DNA of 63,935 nucleotides, the filler included, from Rozella allomycis CSF55 (lineage: Eukaryota), in the NCBI GenBank assembly GCA_000442015.1. It is 5 parts of 5 records of this genome, joined end to end, with 100 filler letters (N's around TTAATTAATTAA, not from the genome) between each part and the next. Parts side by side here need not be neighbours in the genome. Positions count along the whole stretch, not along the records: positions 1 to 31,812 come from KE560395.1; 4 more parts are not named here. One strand, written 5' to 3'. The notes under the pieces were generated by a model. The model saw only the letters and a program-made list of their open reading frames with translations. It had not been told where the DNA came from and did no database searches. The first letter of the stretch is position 1. Each line of letters starts with the position of its first letter. The position numbers and the translations under genes are program-made. Shown one piece after another: positions 11,588 to 24,401 of the stretch.

Positions 11588-14500
11588 CTAATTTATTAAA
11601 TCTTGTGATACGAGTAGTTTGCTTGTCTTTTTCCGTTTGACTGTATATGTTTTCATTTTGCCCTTGCCTTTAATTTGCTGGATACCTCTATAATCAAATT
11701 CAAAGTCGTCGCGCAGCAACATATAAACTTTTTCTGTGACTTGAATTTCTCCAGGGTTGGCACTTGATTCCTAATTGTTTTAAAATCTTTATTGTATTAC
11801 CATCCGCGACGCGACATTTACAGTATCGCCCCACACATCATATGAGAATTTACTCCTTCCAATTACTCCAGCGACCAGTGGCCCTATATGAATGCCAATC
11901 ATCAACTTGTATGCGGAATTGTATACCAAATTGATTTCATTTATTTTTGATTGGAGGGCCAACGCATATTCCAAAAAGCGTTTGTACTTTGCTTTTTTGG
12001 ATGCATCTTCCTTGTTTATTTGGTATTTGACATTAAGTTTTTCTTCGCTGGCAAGTTCAGTTTCAACTTCGCAGATCGTCAATGAGGGTGATCCAATATT
12101 GTTATCAATACTTTTACTTCTATATCGTTTTCTTGCCTGGGATTTATAATCTTCCAGTCCACAGGCACTCATGTAAGTTGCATATGAACCTAGTTAAATA
12201 ATTAAATTTAAGTGGTACCAACTGTTTTAATCTTCTCAACTCCATAAACAGGCAACAATTGATCGAATCTGCAAAAAATATCATTTAAGATGGTAATAGA
12301 CCTTTCATCTGTTTCTCTAAAATTGTGAACCGCGCAAAATAATATTCCCGCGCTTTCAATGCAATCTGAAATTTCTTTATCAGGATGGCGCTTCAGTCTG
12401 TCGACAATGTGTTTGGGCAAAAGTTTGTATAACAATTTTTCAGCTTTCAGTCTCATATCATCAATTTCAAATTTCCTTTGCTTCAGATCAGTTTTCAATA
12501 GATAAGTGATCCGAACTCCAAGCTCCAATTTTCTTGAAGAGAGTGACAAGAGTATAATAAGAAGAGTTGCGAAACCAACAGTGGAATAATTAGTACGTAT
12601 TAAGAATGATTTCGGCTGGAGGATGTGGAAGATGAGACTGTAGAATCCATTGATAATTGTTACAGATTTCCAACTGAAGCGGGTGTACAAAACTGAATTT
12701 AAAATTATAATGTAAATATCAGCGAGAATTAAATTATAATAACGCAAGAAAATGATGTGAAGAATAAGCTGAGTGATTTCAAATACAAAAAACCAAATAG
12801 GAAAAAGTAATCCATGTTTGATGTCAATTGAAATAATGTTTCTTGTGATATTTAATAATTTATCTCCAAATGTTCCAAGTTCTTTTAATAAAAAGTTCTT
12901 TGGGATTGATGATGATTGTCTAATAGCTTTGTCATAAAGATTGATTTTTAAATAAACGTAAAGGATTTGAAATAGTTGAAGAAAAAGGCCAATTAAACTA
13001 ATCCGCCATGGCCAACCTTCTACAATTAAAATGGAATTCTTTATTAGTTGAACTAGACAAATTATTGTAGTGAAAATTAAATTTAGCATTAATCGTCCAT
13101 TATATTTAGAGGAATGAATACTAAGATATTCTTGTTCTTCTTCATCCCTCTTAAAAGTAACTGTAAATTGGTTTATTGATTCATTCATTTTCTTTCTTAT
13201 TGGTTCCATTGTTTCATAAAAAGCTTTATTAGAATTTGGAATTGAATTTGTATTTTTAACTGTTGTGCTAAATAATGCTCTTCTATCAATTGTGTGTTGT
13301 CTAGAAACTGGAACAGACTTTGCAACACTAAACCTTCTGGGAATGATTGATAGTCTTCTACTTCTGGCAACTGGTTGATTATCTTCTAAAAATTCTACTT
13401 GTTTATCTTCTTTTACTTCTTGACTCAAATTGGGTTGAANTACTAAACCTTCTGGGAATGATTGATAGCCTTCTACTTCTGGAAACTGGTTGATTATCTT
13501 CTACAAATTCTACTTGTTTATCTTCTTTTACTTCTTGACTCAAATTGGGTTGAATTGTTTGATCCAAATTTAACTTTTTCACAGATTCATTAATATCAGT
13601 CACAAAATATGTTTGAATATTCCTTTTGGTATCTTCATGATACAAAACTTCCCCTTGTTCAAGGGTACAATAATCCTCTAATAAATTCTTCGTGTCTTCT
13701 GAAATGTGAACACTTGATGGTCGTCCCGTCTGCTCCATCATAGAAGCTATTGTAACATCATTCGACCAAACATCTTATTTTATTCAAACATTATTTTTTA
13801 CCGAAGATTATTCGTTCTTCACCTAAAATACCTGCAACAACATCTCCAGTGTGAATTCCAACACGAAGCTGCAAAGAAACTGGCTGAAGAGCAGTCAAAG
13901 TGCTAACCGCTCTAATCATTTTCTTCCCAACAACAACAGCTTTCAACGCATGATGAGACACTGGCTCAGGCAACCCCGCACAAAGCATATAACAGTCCCC
14001 AAGTGTCTTAATCTTTTCAAGCCCATACTGNGGACCAAACATCTAATTATATTTAAACATTAATTGTTACCAAAAATTATTCGTTCTTCGCCTAAAATAC
14101 CTGCAACTACATCTCCAGTGTGAATTCCAACACGAAGCTGCAAAGAAACTGGCTGAAGAGCAGTCAAAGTGCTAACCGCTCTAATCATTTTCTTTCCAAC
14201 AACAACAGCCTTCAACGCATGATGTGACACTGGCTCAGGCAATCCCGCGCAAAGCATATAACAGTCCCCAAGTGTCTTAATCTTTTCAAGTCCATAATGT
14301 GCGACAATATTATCAAATTCCAAGAATATACTATTCAAAAGTTCCACCAAATATTCAGCAGAAACGGTGGTCGACAATGTAGTAAATCCAACAATGTCTC
14401 CAAACAAAATTGTAACATTCCTATAACTATACGTTGGATTAGACATAATTCCATTCAAATCAACCTTTTCACCTTTGCGAAAATCATCCCAAACACCCTT

Positions 14501-15964
14501 TGGTATAATCGACAATGCCAGTGCATCCGCCTTTTCACTAGCCTCCTGCATCATCCTTCTTTCTTCCCACAACGAATACATTTTATAAAACTGCTTCTTT
14601 GAATCCGTCAACGACACAAACGAATACACCCATCCAATGAAATTAGCCACAATATAGTACAAGCAAGTCAAAGCGACAGATTTTTCGCAGTTGCCATTTG
14701 AATTTATCTGGCACACATCGTACCGCCTATTAGGATTAATAATTGACAGCGACAGCAAGATACAAGCTACGAGAACCAGCAGAGTCCCCATAGCGCCCAA
14801 ATACCTATGATCTGGTGTTTGCGTGGTGTACAGCAACGCTAGAAAGCAAAAAAAGTAGCCAGCTGGATCTGTTGACTAGAAATAATTATAAAGAAAACGT
14901 ACCATGGCATTCATATCCAAACACGATAATGCAACACCCAAGAAAAACATATATGTCGAAAAGACAGGAAACGCATTCTTCTTGTACCACTCTGTCCTCG
15001 TAATCACAACAAAGGCAACAGACAGCACAAGCATCGTCAGCGAAATAACATAATAAATAAATTTAAATCCCATATCAGCGGACACCAGATACGCATANAG
15101 TTTGCGTGGTGTACAGCAACGCTAGAAAACAAAAAAAGTAGCCAGCCGGGTCTGTTGACTAGAAATAATTAGAAAGAAAACGTACCATGGCATTCATATC
15201 CAAACACGATAATGCAACACCCAAGAAAAACATGTATGTCGAAAAGACGGGAAACGCATTCCTCTTGTACCACTCTGTCCTCGTAATCATAACAAAGGCA
15301 ACAGACAGCACAAGCATCGTCAGCGAAATGACATAATAAATAAATTTAAATCCCATATCAGCGGACACCAGATACGCATACGCAGCAAATAGCACTGATG
15401 CTAAAATTCCCAGGTTACCTCTTCCCCTCCATTGTTTCAGAAAAAATGGTTTTTGGTAATTTAAATATTGCTCTTGCAGCTTATCATCCAGCGTGATTTT
15501 CCAAGTAAATGATTTCAGAGGCGACTGTGCGAACGATGATATTGTTGAGACTATTGATACATCTGTATTTCGTCTCCGTGAGTTTGTTTCTGAAATGTCT
15601 GGCGGTTTTCTTGGTGATTGGTTTTGGTCATGTGGATTTGAAACGGACATAAATTGATTGTTGCCAGGATGGAGTGTTCCAAGNGATACGCATACGCAGC
15701 AAACAGCACTGATGCTAAAATTCCCAGGTTACCTCTTCCTCTCCATTGTTTCAGAAAAAATGGTTTTTGGTAATTTAAATATTGCTCTTGCAGCTTATCA
15801 TCCAGCGTGATTTTCCAAGTAAATGATTTCAGAGGTGACTGTGCGAACGATGATATTGTCGACACTATTGATACATCTGTATTTCGTCTTCGTGAGTTTG
15901 TTTCTGAAATATCTGGCGGTTTTCTTGGTGATTGGTTTTGGTCATGAGGATTTGAAACGGACAT
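11588..15964 (-). CDS. Transmembrane class III adenylyl cyclase with (TM-C1)-(TM-C2) architecture
   Basis: Two hydrophobic blocks, each followed by a cyclase domain. C1: ILFGDIVGFT, KTLGDCY, FDVWSNDV. C2: EKIKTVG, KFSYDVWGDTVNVASRMES, IKGKGKMKTY. Allelic duplicates at Ns 13440, 14031, 15098 and 15684. Confidence 0.92.
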
Positions 15965-16107
15965 AAATTGATGTTGCCAGGATGGAGTGTTCCAAGTTTA
16001 CGTATGTCATATTACTATACACTGACTAATCGCATGTAAAATAGACTATTTTGTATACAGTTATCTATTTTCTATCTTGAAAGACTGTATCTTTTGAGAA
16101 ATTTCTG

Positions 16108-17010
16108 ATGGATGATTTTCTCACGGAAAATGTTCTTTCATCTGCCGACAAGATACAGGAAGCGCTTTCAAGACTTGCCAACTATTACATAACGCACAGA
16201 GCCGATTTTTGCGATAAACAAAAATGCGCGCAGTTCATTGACTCGGCTATATCCATTGTCGAGCGGATCAAGGCTATGGATATCCAAATCAATGCGGACG
16301 GCTTCAATAGTACACTTTAAAATCCATATTAAAGTAGACTGCGATGAAGCTCTATTGTATATTCTGCGACAGCCACTATTTCATTCATTGCAAAACGAAA
16401 AGCTGGCTCAGTGTATCAGATTTCTTGAAACATTCAATTTGCCGATAGAAAAATCTATAGATTCTTTTCTTTACAGTACTGAAAGGGCGATTCAAGTTAA
16501 ATTGGTAATGTTGAAGGGAATTTCGCATGTGCCTTCAAAGATTAAACTATTGGCGCGGATAGGACCGCTGTTGCAGATTCTGGATGATGTTAAAGTGATT
16601 AACGAGTATTTGAGTGTTTTGAGTGAATGTATAAAGTCACTTGAGGGGAGTGAAAAAGAAGCGTTGATGAACTGTTGTCTGCCAAAATCATTTGTACAGC
16701 GTATTTTAAGATCAAATAATATGAGAGAGTTGCTTAGTGTGGAATCCAAAGTGTTTATTTTGAGGGAAAACAGGGAATTGCTGGGAGAATATGTAAGAGG
16801 ATGTTTGTGAGTTGAATAGATAGATATTGTCGCTAATAATGCTGGACAATGCATTGAAGATGCTGCACTTATTTTGTCCCTGGTGGCCGATAACAGATCG
16901 AATGTTGAAGATTATCCAGAGTTGATTCTGCGCTGTTTAAGAGTAGGAGTTCACACAGTTTCCATCGACTTCAGAGACTAGTGGATGAACTTTTAAAAAT
17001 TTTGAAATAA
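16108..17010 (+). CDS. Hypothetical alpha-helical protein
   Basis: Open frame maintained through 3 canonical tiny introns; no family recognised. Confidence 0.6.
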
Positions 17011-17098
17011 CGATTTTGAATCATCTAATTAATAATTATTAGATAGAACACAAAGCTTTAAGTAGTTTAAATTGATAATAAATATAGAAATAAGCGGT

Positions 17099-20000
17099 TT
17101 ATTTATAGGGAATACCATTAGTCTGCTTTTGAAAAGAATCATATAATTTAGATCTTTTGCTTTCATAAGAATTCAATATCAAGTTTTTCACATACTGTAC
17201 AACTTTGGTATCATGTAAATGCAAAGCAAACCTATTCTCCAATTTCCTCACAGTTTGATCTAAAAACAAATTAACTATTTCACTACCTTTAAAGCACGGC
17301 AGCCCACTATTGCGCATCAACGAGACAGAATCAACAATCATCGCATAATGCTTTCTGGCCACATAAAAAGCTTGAATACACATAGTTTCGTACAACTTGT
17401 AATAATAATCGTTTGGATCTGAGTCAATGATAGCCAGCATTTCAGACGTTAGTTTAAACGGCGCACTTTCAAAATTGATACCTCCTGGCGATATATCAAG
17501 AATAAACCCAAAATCTACATTCAAAGAGCAACCAAACCTTACCAATGTGAACAATGTGGCCCTTTTCATCAATCATGATATTCCCATTATGTCTATCCTT
17601 GATCGCCAACAAATAGCAGATGATTGAATACGCAGCGATACTCTGAATAAACGCAATTTTAGCTTTATGGAATCCATTGGAATGTTCTTTGCCAAATTTC
17701 AGAATAAAGAATTCGTAAAGATCATTCAGCTTTTCTCTGCCCATTTGATCCCTGCTCATTGAATTTGGAATAACTTCAATGATCCCCATGCCAGCGCCAG
17801 TCGCAACAACACGGTAGGGAAAGAGATACAGTGGGAGGTTCAGATCGGAATAGATTGTTCTGAAAATAGCCACCAGCTGAAGAGCCAAAACATCTTGTCT
17901 GCAGTCGTCGCCTACTTTGAAAATAGCTGATTGCCATTGTTCAGAGCCATCGTTGTTCTTTACATGAAAAGTAGCCATGAAAGGCGCCTTGAAAATATAT
18001 TGTTTATGTTTATTACTTTGGCGTGAGATTGCAATGGACGACCTGACAGATAATCAATGTCAATGACTGTTGATTCAGGGTTGCTGGGGAGATAGACGCC
18101 AGGATCAACAGAAATCTTTGCAAGTTCTTCATCAATCTTTTTCTTCTTTTCAGTTTTACTCTTTTTAACAAATGGACGCAGAGTTCCACTGATGCTTGTA
18201 ATTTTATCAAAGAAATCAAATTCTCTTTTATAAAATTCTAAATCAGGAGGATTAAATCTATCTATTATTTGTTTTATTATTCTTTCAAAAACAGGGGCTA
18301 ATTCATTAGGCTATAATAAATGATTAAATGGAGTTACTTGCATTGTTTCCCAACTCACATACATGTTCGCTTTAATGTTCCAAATGATTTGATGAGCNTA
18401 GGATTGAATCTATCTATTATTTGTTTAATTATTCTTTCAAAAACAGGGGCTAATTGATCAGGCTATATTAAAAGATTAAATGGAGTTACTTGCATTGTCT
18501 CCCAACTCACATACATGTTCGCTTTAATGTTCCAAATGATTTGATGAGCGAATTGTGGAGAAACAAACGCAGTTCTTAATATAAACTCTTCAACTGCGCC
18601 ACATCCATCTAATCTTAAAGCTTGAACAATTTGGGGAATAAAGAATAAATTATCATGTGGTGAATGAGAATGTAAAACTCTGAAACAAAAGTTTTGCAGA
18701 ATTGCTTTTTGAGAGAATTTGTGTTCCAACACTGTTATTGCTGAAGGGATCGGAATTCTCTTCCAATACAACAACAACTTTTATTAAACATGAGTTAATT
18801 TTTACGTGACATAAAGCTTCTTCATTCATTTTCTTGTAAGAATTGAGAACAAATTGCATGCATTTAGGATAATCAACAAATGCGTTGGCTTTGGATGTAA
18901 TAAAAGTTATCACATCTTTATTATCAAAGAAATATGGATTTGTAAAAATAGAAACAAACAATTTCTGATTCAAATTAAAAATATTCCTTAACAAATCCTA
19001 ATTGAACATTTAAGATATAATATTACAGGGGTATAAAAACTATCTCTTGGATCTAATGGTTTTGGTAGATTTGTATTATACAAAGAATAGAAATGAGATT
19101 CTAGAGTGTAACAAATGCAAATAAGAACTTCACCACAATCAAAAGATCTTTCATACAAAGTATTTCCTATTAATTAAATTAATGAAATTTACTAATTTTA
19201 GAAGGATTTGTTGAATTTGTANACAAATAAGAACTTCACCACAATCAAAAGACCTTTCATACAAAGTATTTCCTATCTTTGCAATTAATGAAATTTACTA
19301 ATTTTAGAAGGATTTGTTGAATTTTTATCTGTTAATCTGCTAGTGATTGATTCTTTAAACTGATCAATTTCATTCAATAAATCAACTGCATTCAAATTTG
19401 GATCAAATGGCATTTCCAAACAATTGTTGGCTAGAGTGGAGAAACCTTCTAGTAAAGAAGAAATCATATTAGCAGCAAAGAAAGCATCAGAGATTAATAA
19501 AAGATGAAATATTTTGATTGAAAGATGTGATAATAATTTAAATGCGTTTGAAACACTCAATGGGGAATTAATTTCACAAAGAAGATTCAAAGTCATTTCT
19601 GTTACATAAATAAACTGTTCAATTGTATAAATAAATCTAGTTAGAAGATTTAACGCTTTCAATAAATCTTTCACATCAAATCCCAATTTAATTTCATCTC
19701 TTTCAATTGGATTAAAATGAATTGAATAATCAAAATTTAATTCTTTTTCTTTCCTTTCATTTTTATTTGTTTTTTCTTTCCCTTTAATCAACAAAATCTT
19801 AAACAACCTTCTAACAAGGGTTGGTAACAATTCAAGTTTATGACACACAAAATAATTAACAAATTCAAATAAATTATGATTCTTAATACATTCTCTTAAA
19901 ACATTCTCCATATTTGAAAATGTTAATTCTATTCCAAGTTGTTTCATTCCAATCACTAATGGTCTATCATACTTTACTTCAATCTGTTTAAACAACTTTC

Positions 20001-22540
20001 TAAATTCTTCTTCTTCAATAAACGCCTTTTAATCCACTTTAATTATTTTACTCGGCTAGTTTTCAATGTTTCATCCAACAATTGATTCATTGGGAAATCA
20101 TGCATCGCCATCATAAATGTTTCAAGCGCTTTCTTTCTTTTATCAATTCTAACAGACAGATTTATTTTAATATTTTCATTCTTAAATTTTACATAAACAT
20201 CTTTCTAATCATTCAAAACAATAGTTTACCTTGAATTTCTTCCCTCCTACAAGTTTCGTAAATTTCCAAAATAAAATGCTTAATAAAATTCATCAATTCA
20301 TAATTGGTTGATAATCCTTTATTCAATTCTATCAAATTAACAAACTTATCAACAAAGAATGTACAATCTTCAACAAAATGTGAACATGAATTGGAAATTA
20401 ATGAAATTGCAAACCTTTGTGCCTTTTTTATTCCAAGCGAACTAGCCTTTTCCAAATACAAATCCAATTCTTTGTTTAAAACAATTGCAATCTTTTCATG
20501 AATCAAACTATCTCTCATTCTAAATGTTTTATATTCAAATAGACAATCAAAATCACACTGTTTTAATTTATTTTGAAAATGAACACTCAAACATGTACAA
20601 ATAAGTGCAGATCTCTTTTCTTCATTAGAAACTTTTAATAAAGAATCAATAGACAGAATTGGATGCGATGAAATGTTTAATAAACTTAAATGCTCAATGT
20701 TAATGTTTGGACTATTCTCTGTCATACTAGAAAACGCGTCTTCATCAAAATCATTCAAATGGCCTTCATTCAAAATTCCAAGCCAAACACAATTCATCCA
20801 AATCTCTGTAAACATTTCAGAATATTCTTTAATTATCTTTTCTTCTTTTATTTCTTCTTTAATAAATTTATTAAAAGTATTTATAAACTCTGAAAAGATT
20901 GAAATTAAAGATGAAACGTATTCAAACTTGAAATCTGCATTCATTCTCGTTTCATGCAGAATTTGAAGAAATCTTTGAATAAAACTTTTCCCAATTTCAT
21001 ATTTAACATTCTTTAAAATATTTCCTTCATTTATTAATTCAATCAAACATTTATTCGTTGTACAAAATTCAGCTTCTTTTGTTTTAACAACATTCTTCAT
21101 CAAATGTTCAAATAAAATCTTCATTGAATCTTCACTTAAATTATTAAAAAATAACTTTAATCTTTTGGAAAATATCGTTTGAATAAAGTTATCATTCAAA
21201 CAAAGCAATCTATTCAAAAATGAAACATAACTTTCATTTCCCTTTCTATCTTTATTAAATTCTAAAAGATAACAAAACAGTAACGTCAAAATTCCAATCT
21301 TCATTCTCCCTTCATAAACTACTTCGTCTTCATCTTGATCTTCAAAACAAATCACACTAAAAACTTTGCCAATAATTATTTCCTTTTCTTTCGATTTGTT
21401 AATAATCTTAAATAAAATTCTAGCACTCAATTCTATTAATTCATCTGTCTGAAAAGGAAACGTTTCAAATACATTTGACATTTCTTTTATAAACGAACAC
21501 AAATAGTTTATTGCTTCCTCCTCCTTCTCATCACTATCAAAATAAATCATCAAAATAAAGCCCTTTAATGATTCAACCAAATCTTCATTATCCACTGAAA
21601 ATACAAATTGAAAATCATTCTTCATTTTTTCAAACACTTTGCTTCTTTTTATACTTGCACATATTCCACAACACTTTAAAAGAATCGGTACTGCTTTTGA
21701 ATATTCCTTGAAATTATAATCTTCTCCAGCAAATGTCTTTTCCTTGATATGCAAAATTATCTTTTCAAAGTTTAATATAAACTCTGCAACCTTCATCGGC
21801 ACCTTGATTCCAGCATCCACAAATTCCTCAGCATTAGCCACCCCACAGTACGAAAACGTCAATTCATAAAACATGTTCAATCCACAATGCACAAAATCCA
21901 CAAAAGAGTCTCTCTCCAATACATCAACCAACTCCACATTCTCAAACGTCTTTATCATATCAACCACAATCCCAAAATTACACTCGCTCACCCTATTCCT
22001 CTTCACACAAGTACTCATCCCATCCACAAACTCAATTAAAACATCAACCGCATATTTCTCACCCGCCTTCAGCACATCCACATAAAACTCAAACAACTCC
22101 ACCACCGCATCACACTTCTCCAGCTTGTAACACGTCTCTATAAAACACCTCATAATCAGCCCAATAAAAGAATCACAGTCTGTATACTGTATCTTGACAA
22201 AATGCCGGCACAGAAACGAACAGTACTCATTCACCTTGTGCAGGTACATTTCGTTGGACATTTTTATCGCAGCATCGGCAACCTTTTCTAGTATTATACC
22301 GTCAAACGACGTCTAGTTAAGGAGAGAGTTGTTTGTTACTAGTGTGATCACCGCTTTTTCAAAATTGATTTCCGGAAGCATCGAGAATAGCCGCACTATT
22401 GTTTCCGGATTGTCGCTCTTTAATGAGTCCACAAAGGATTTTAGGACGGATGTTGAGGGAAGAAAGGACAAATTTCGCATACCTGAAATTTCAAAATGTG
22501 ATGCGTTAAATTTAGACACAATTGGTGTTCCATTATACAT
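17099..22540 (-). CDS. STT4: Phosphatidylinositol 4-kinase III alpha (Stt4)
   Basis: LFFIPQIVQALR (PIK helical domain), LQSHAKAPF, AIFKVGDDCRQDVLALQ, IKDRHNGNIM, HIDFGF, FESAPFKLT and C-terminal NGIPYK. Long helical N-terminus. Confidence 0.95.
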
Positions 22541-22634
22541 GATTAATTTTTATTAAAATTTAATGCTATTTTATAATTTAATTGCGTATTGCGACGATTG
22601 TCAATTTGCGGCAATTACCCACTGAAATTTACAA

Positions 22635-23296
22635 ATGTCTGCAACTTGCCAAAAAGGTTTCATTCGAGCAGCATGCATTCTGCAACGAAATCCCATTATC
22701 ATGACACCCCCAAATCCGCTGGAATGGACGTATCGAATATTTGAAGAACAACAAAGGTTCGCTGAAAGCCGTGGCACTCTGTTCGTGCATGGTTCGTCCA
22801 TTAAACAAGGACCTCAAGATTTACTGCCTATAACGGAAATGGAAGCAGAGTCCATTTCTCAAGCACCATTCGAAGAGCCGCCAAAGATTGACGAAAATCC
22901 TAATGATTCTAATTTAAAATCATTACAAAGAAAATTGAACAGGAATCTTTATTTTGTGACTAGAAATATTGAATCGGGTGGTTGGACTTTTCCTAGTGAA
23001 GAAATTTCAATTGTTAAACCAGAGAAAGGCCTGCATGAGGTAAGGTTTCTTTGTTGATAGAATAGGTTTCCATTGATGCTGTTAACAATGTTTGTGATAA
23101 AGAGAGTGCAACATTTTTTCATATGGGTAGGGAGCCTCTGGCACAGTTTAATGAGAACATCTTTTATTTCAAGTCACAAATTTTGAGAGGCAAGTTTGCA
23201 CCCAAGGTTCAAGAATATGCATGGTTGACAAAAGAAGAGCTGGAAGAAAATATAGATAAGAATGTGTATAATGCTGTAGAAAGTATAATAAATTAA
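22635..23296 (+). CDS. MRPL46: Mitochondrial ribosomal protein mL46
   Basis: ACILQRNPII, KSLQRKLNRNLYFV, WTFP and YAWLTKEEL; one intron. Confidence 0.85.
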
Positions 23297-23491
23297 GTGA
23301 TTTTTCTCTTTTTCTTTCTGGTGTCATTAATTGAACCATTAAAAAGCTATTCAGCTCGCTTTTAGTAATTATGAAGAAAAAATCTCAGATAGACATGATT
23401 CAAATGTTTTACTATTTTTAATTGCCTTCAAAAATTATTGGCTACCCAAGCCCCTGATCACCGACGTTTGTTTCATAAACATCAGAGGTAA

Positions 23492-24180
23492 ATGAATGCA
23501 CACACGACGGATTTATATACTCCAGTAACTTTTAAATAATCTATAAACGAGGTCCCGACAAGTGAAATCCCCGAAACATCCACGCACCAAGAAACCGCAC
23601 AACCTATGGCGCCCACTTCCAAAGACGCAGTATTTGTAAATATTCCAGCGAAGCCAAGTCCCGAAAACTCAGTAAAGCTTGATGCCACTGGAGAGATACC
23701 ACCAGTAAGCATAAATTTGGTTGTTAATGTAGACTTATGAATCAGTGGCTACAGATGCTGTTCCACCTTATACAGAACCTACAATTAATATTAATTTAGT
23801 CTCTGAAGAAATGCGAGGTAATATTTGTTGTGTTGTTTGATCAAGATCTTGTTGATGGCTATCCAGTCGGACATCCAGTGACGTTTCTAGTGTCATTTTT
23901 CATATCAGTGTTTTTCCAGACAATTGGATTTGTAATGTCTTTTGTTATGGCATCTGACCATTCAGGCCGCTTTGGATCATTAGCTGGGTTTGGGTTGAAT
24001 TTGGTGTTGATGGTTGTAAGTGATTACAAAAGCTTTTTTGGTGATGATAATGCCATGATATTCTTGAATTCTTTTATTGGTATATTTGGATTACTGATTA
24101 TGGTGTTTTCTATTCGCAGATATATTTCTATGAGGAAACTCGTTTGCAATCCGGTTTCGCCACAAGCTGAAAATGTCTAG
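23492..24180 (+). CDS. Bsd2/NDFIP-like Nedd4-family adaptor (PY motifs + 3 TM)
   Basis: AVFVNIPAKP, PPTYE...AVPPY, DGYPVG...FQTIGFV...GSLAGFGL; 3 tiny introns. Confidence 0.8.
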
Positions 24181-24401
24181 TAAAAAGTTATTCGATCTGT
24201 TCACAATAACGGGTCATAGTTATGTTGCATAAATAAATCGCCCTAGTCTTTTATAGTAAATGCTACAAGTTAGATCTAAAGTTTCATTTTTATTAAGCAT
24301 CGTTGATATCATTAAATTAGCATAGCTATGCGTATACAAAATTAATTAATTCTTTCAAAGTTTGAAAGACCAATTATCCAATTAAACCCTGGTCAAAATC
24401 A

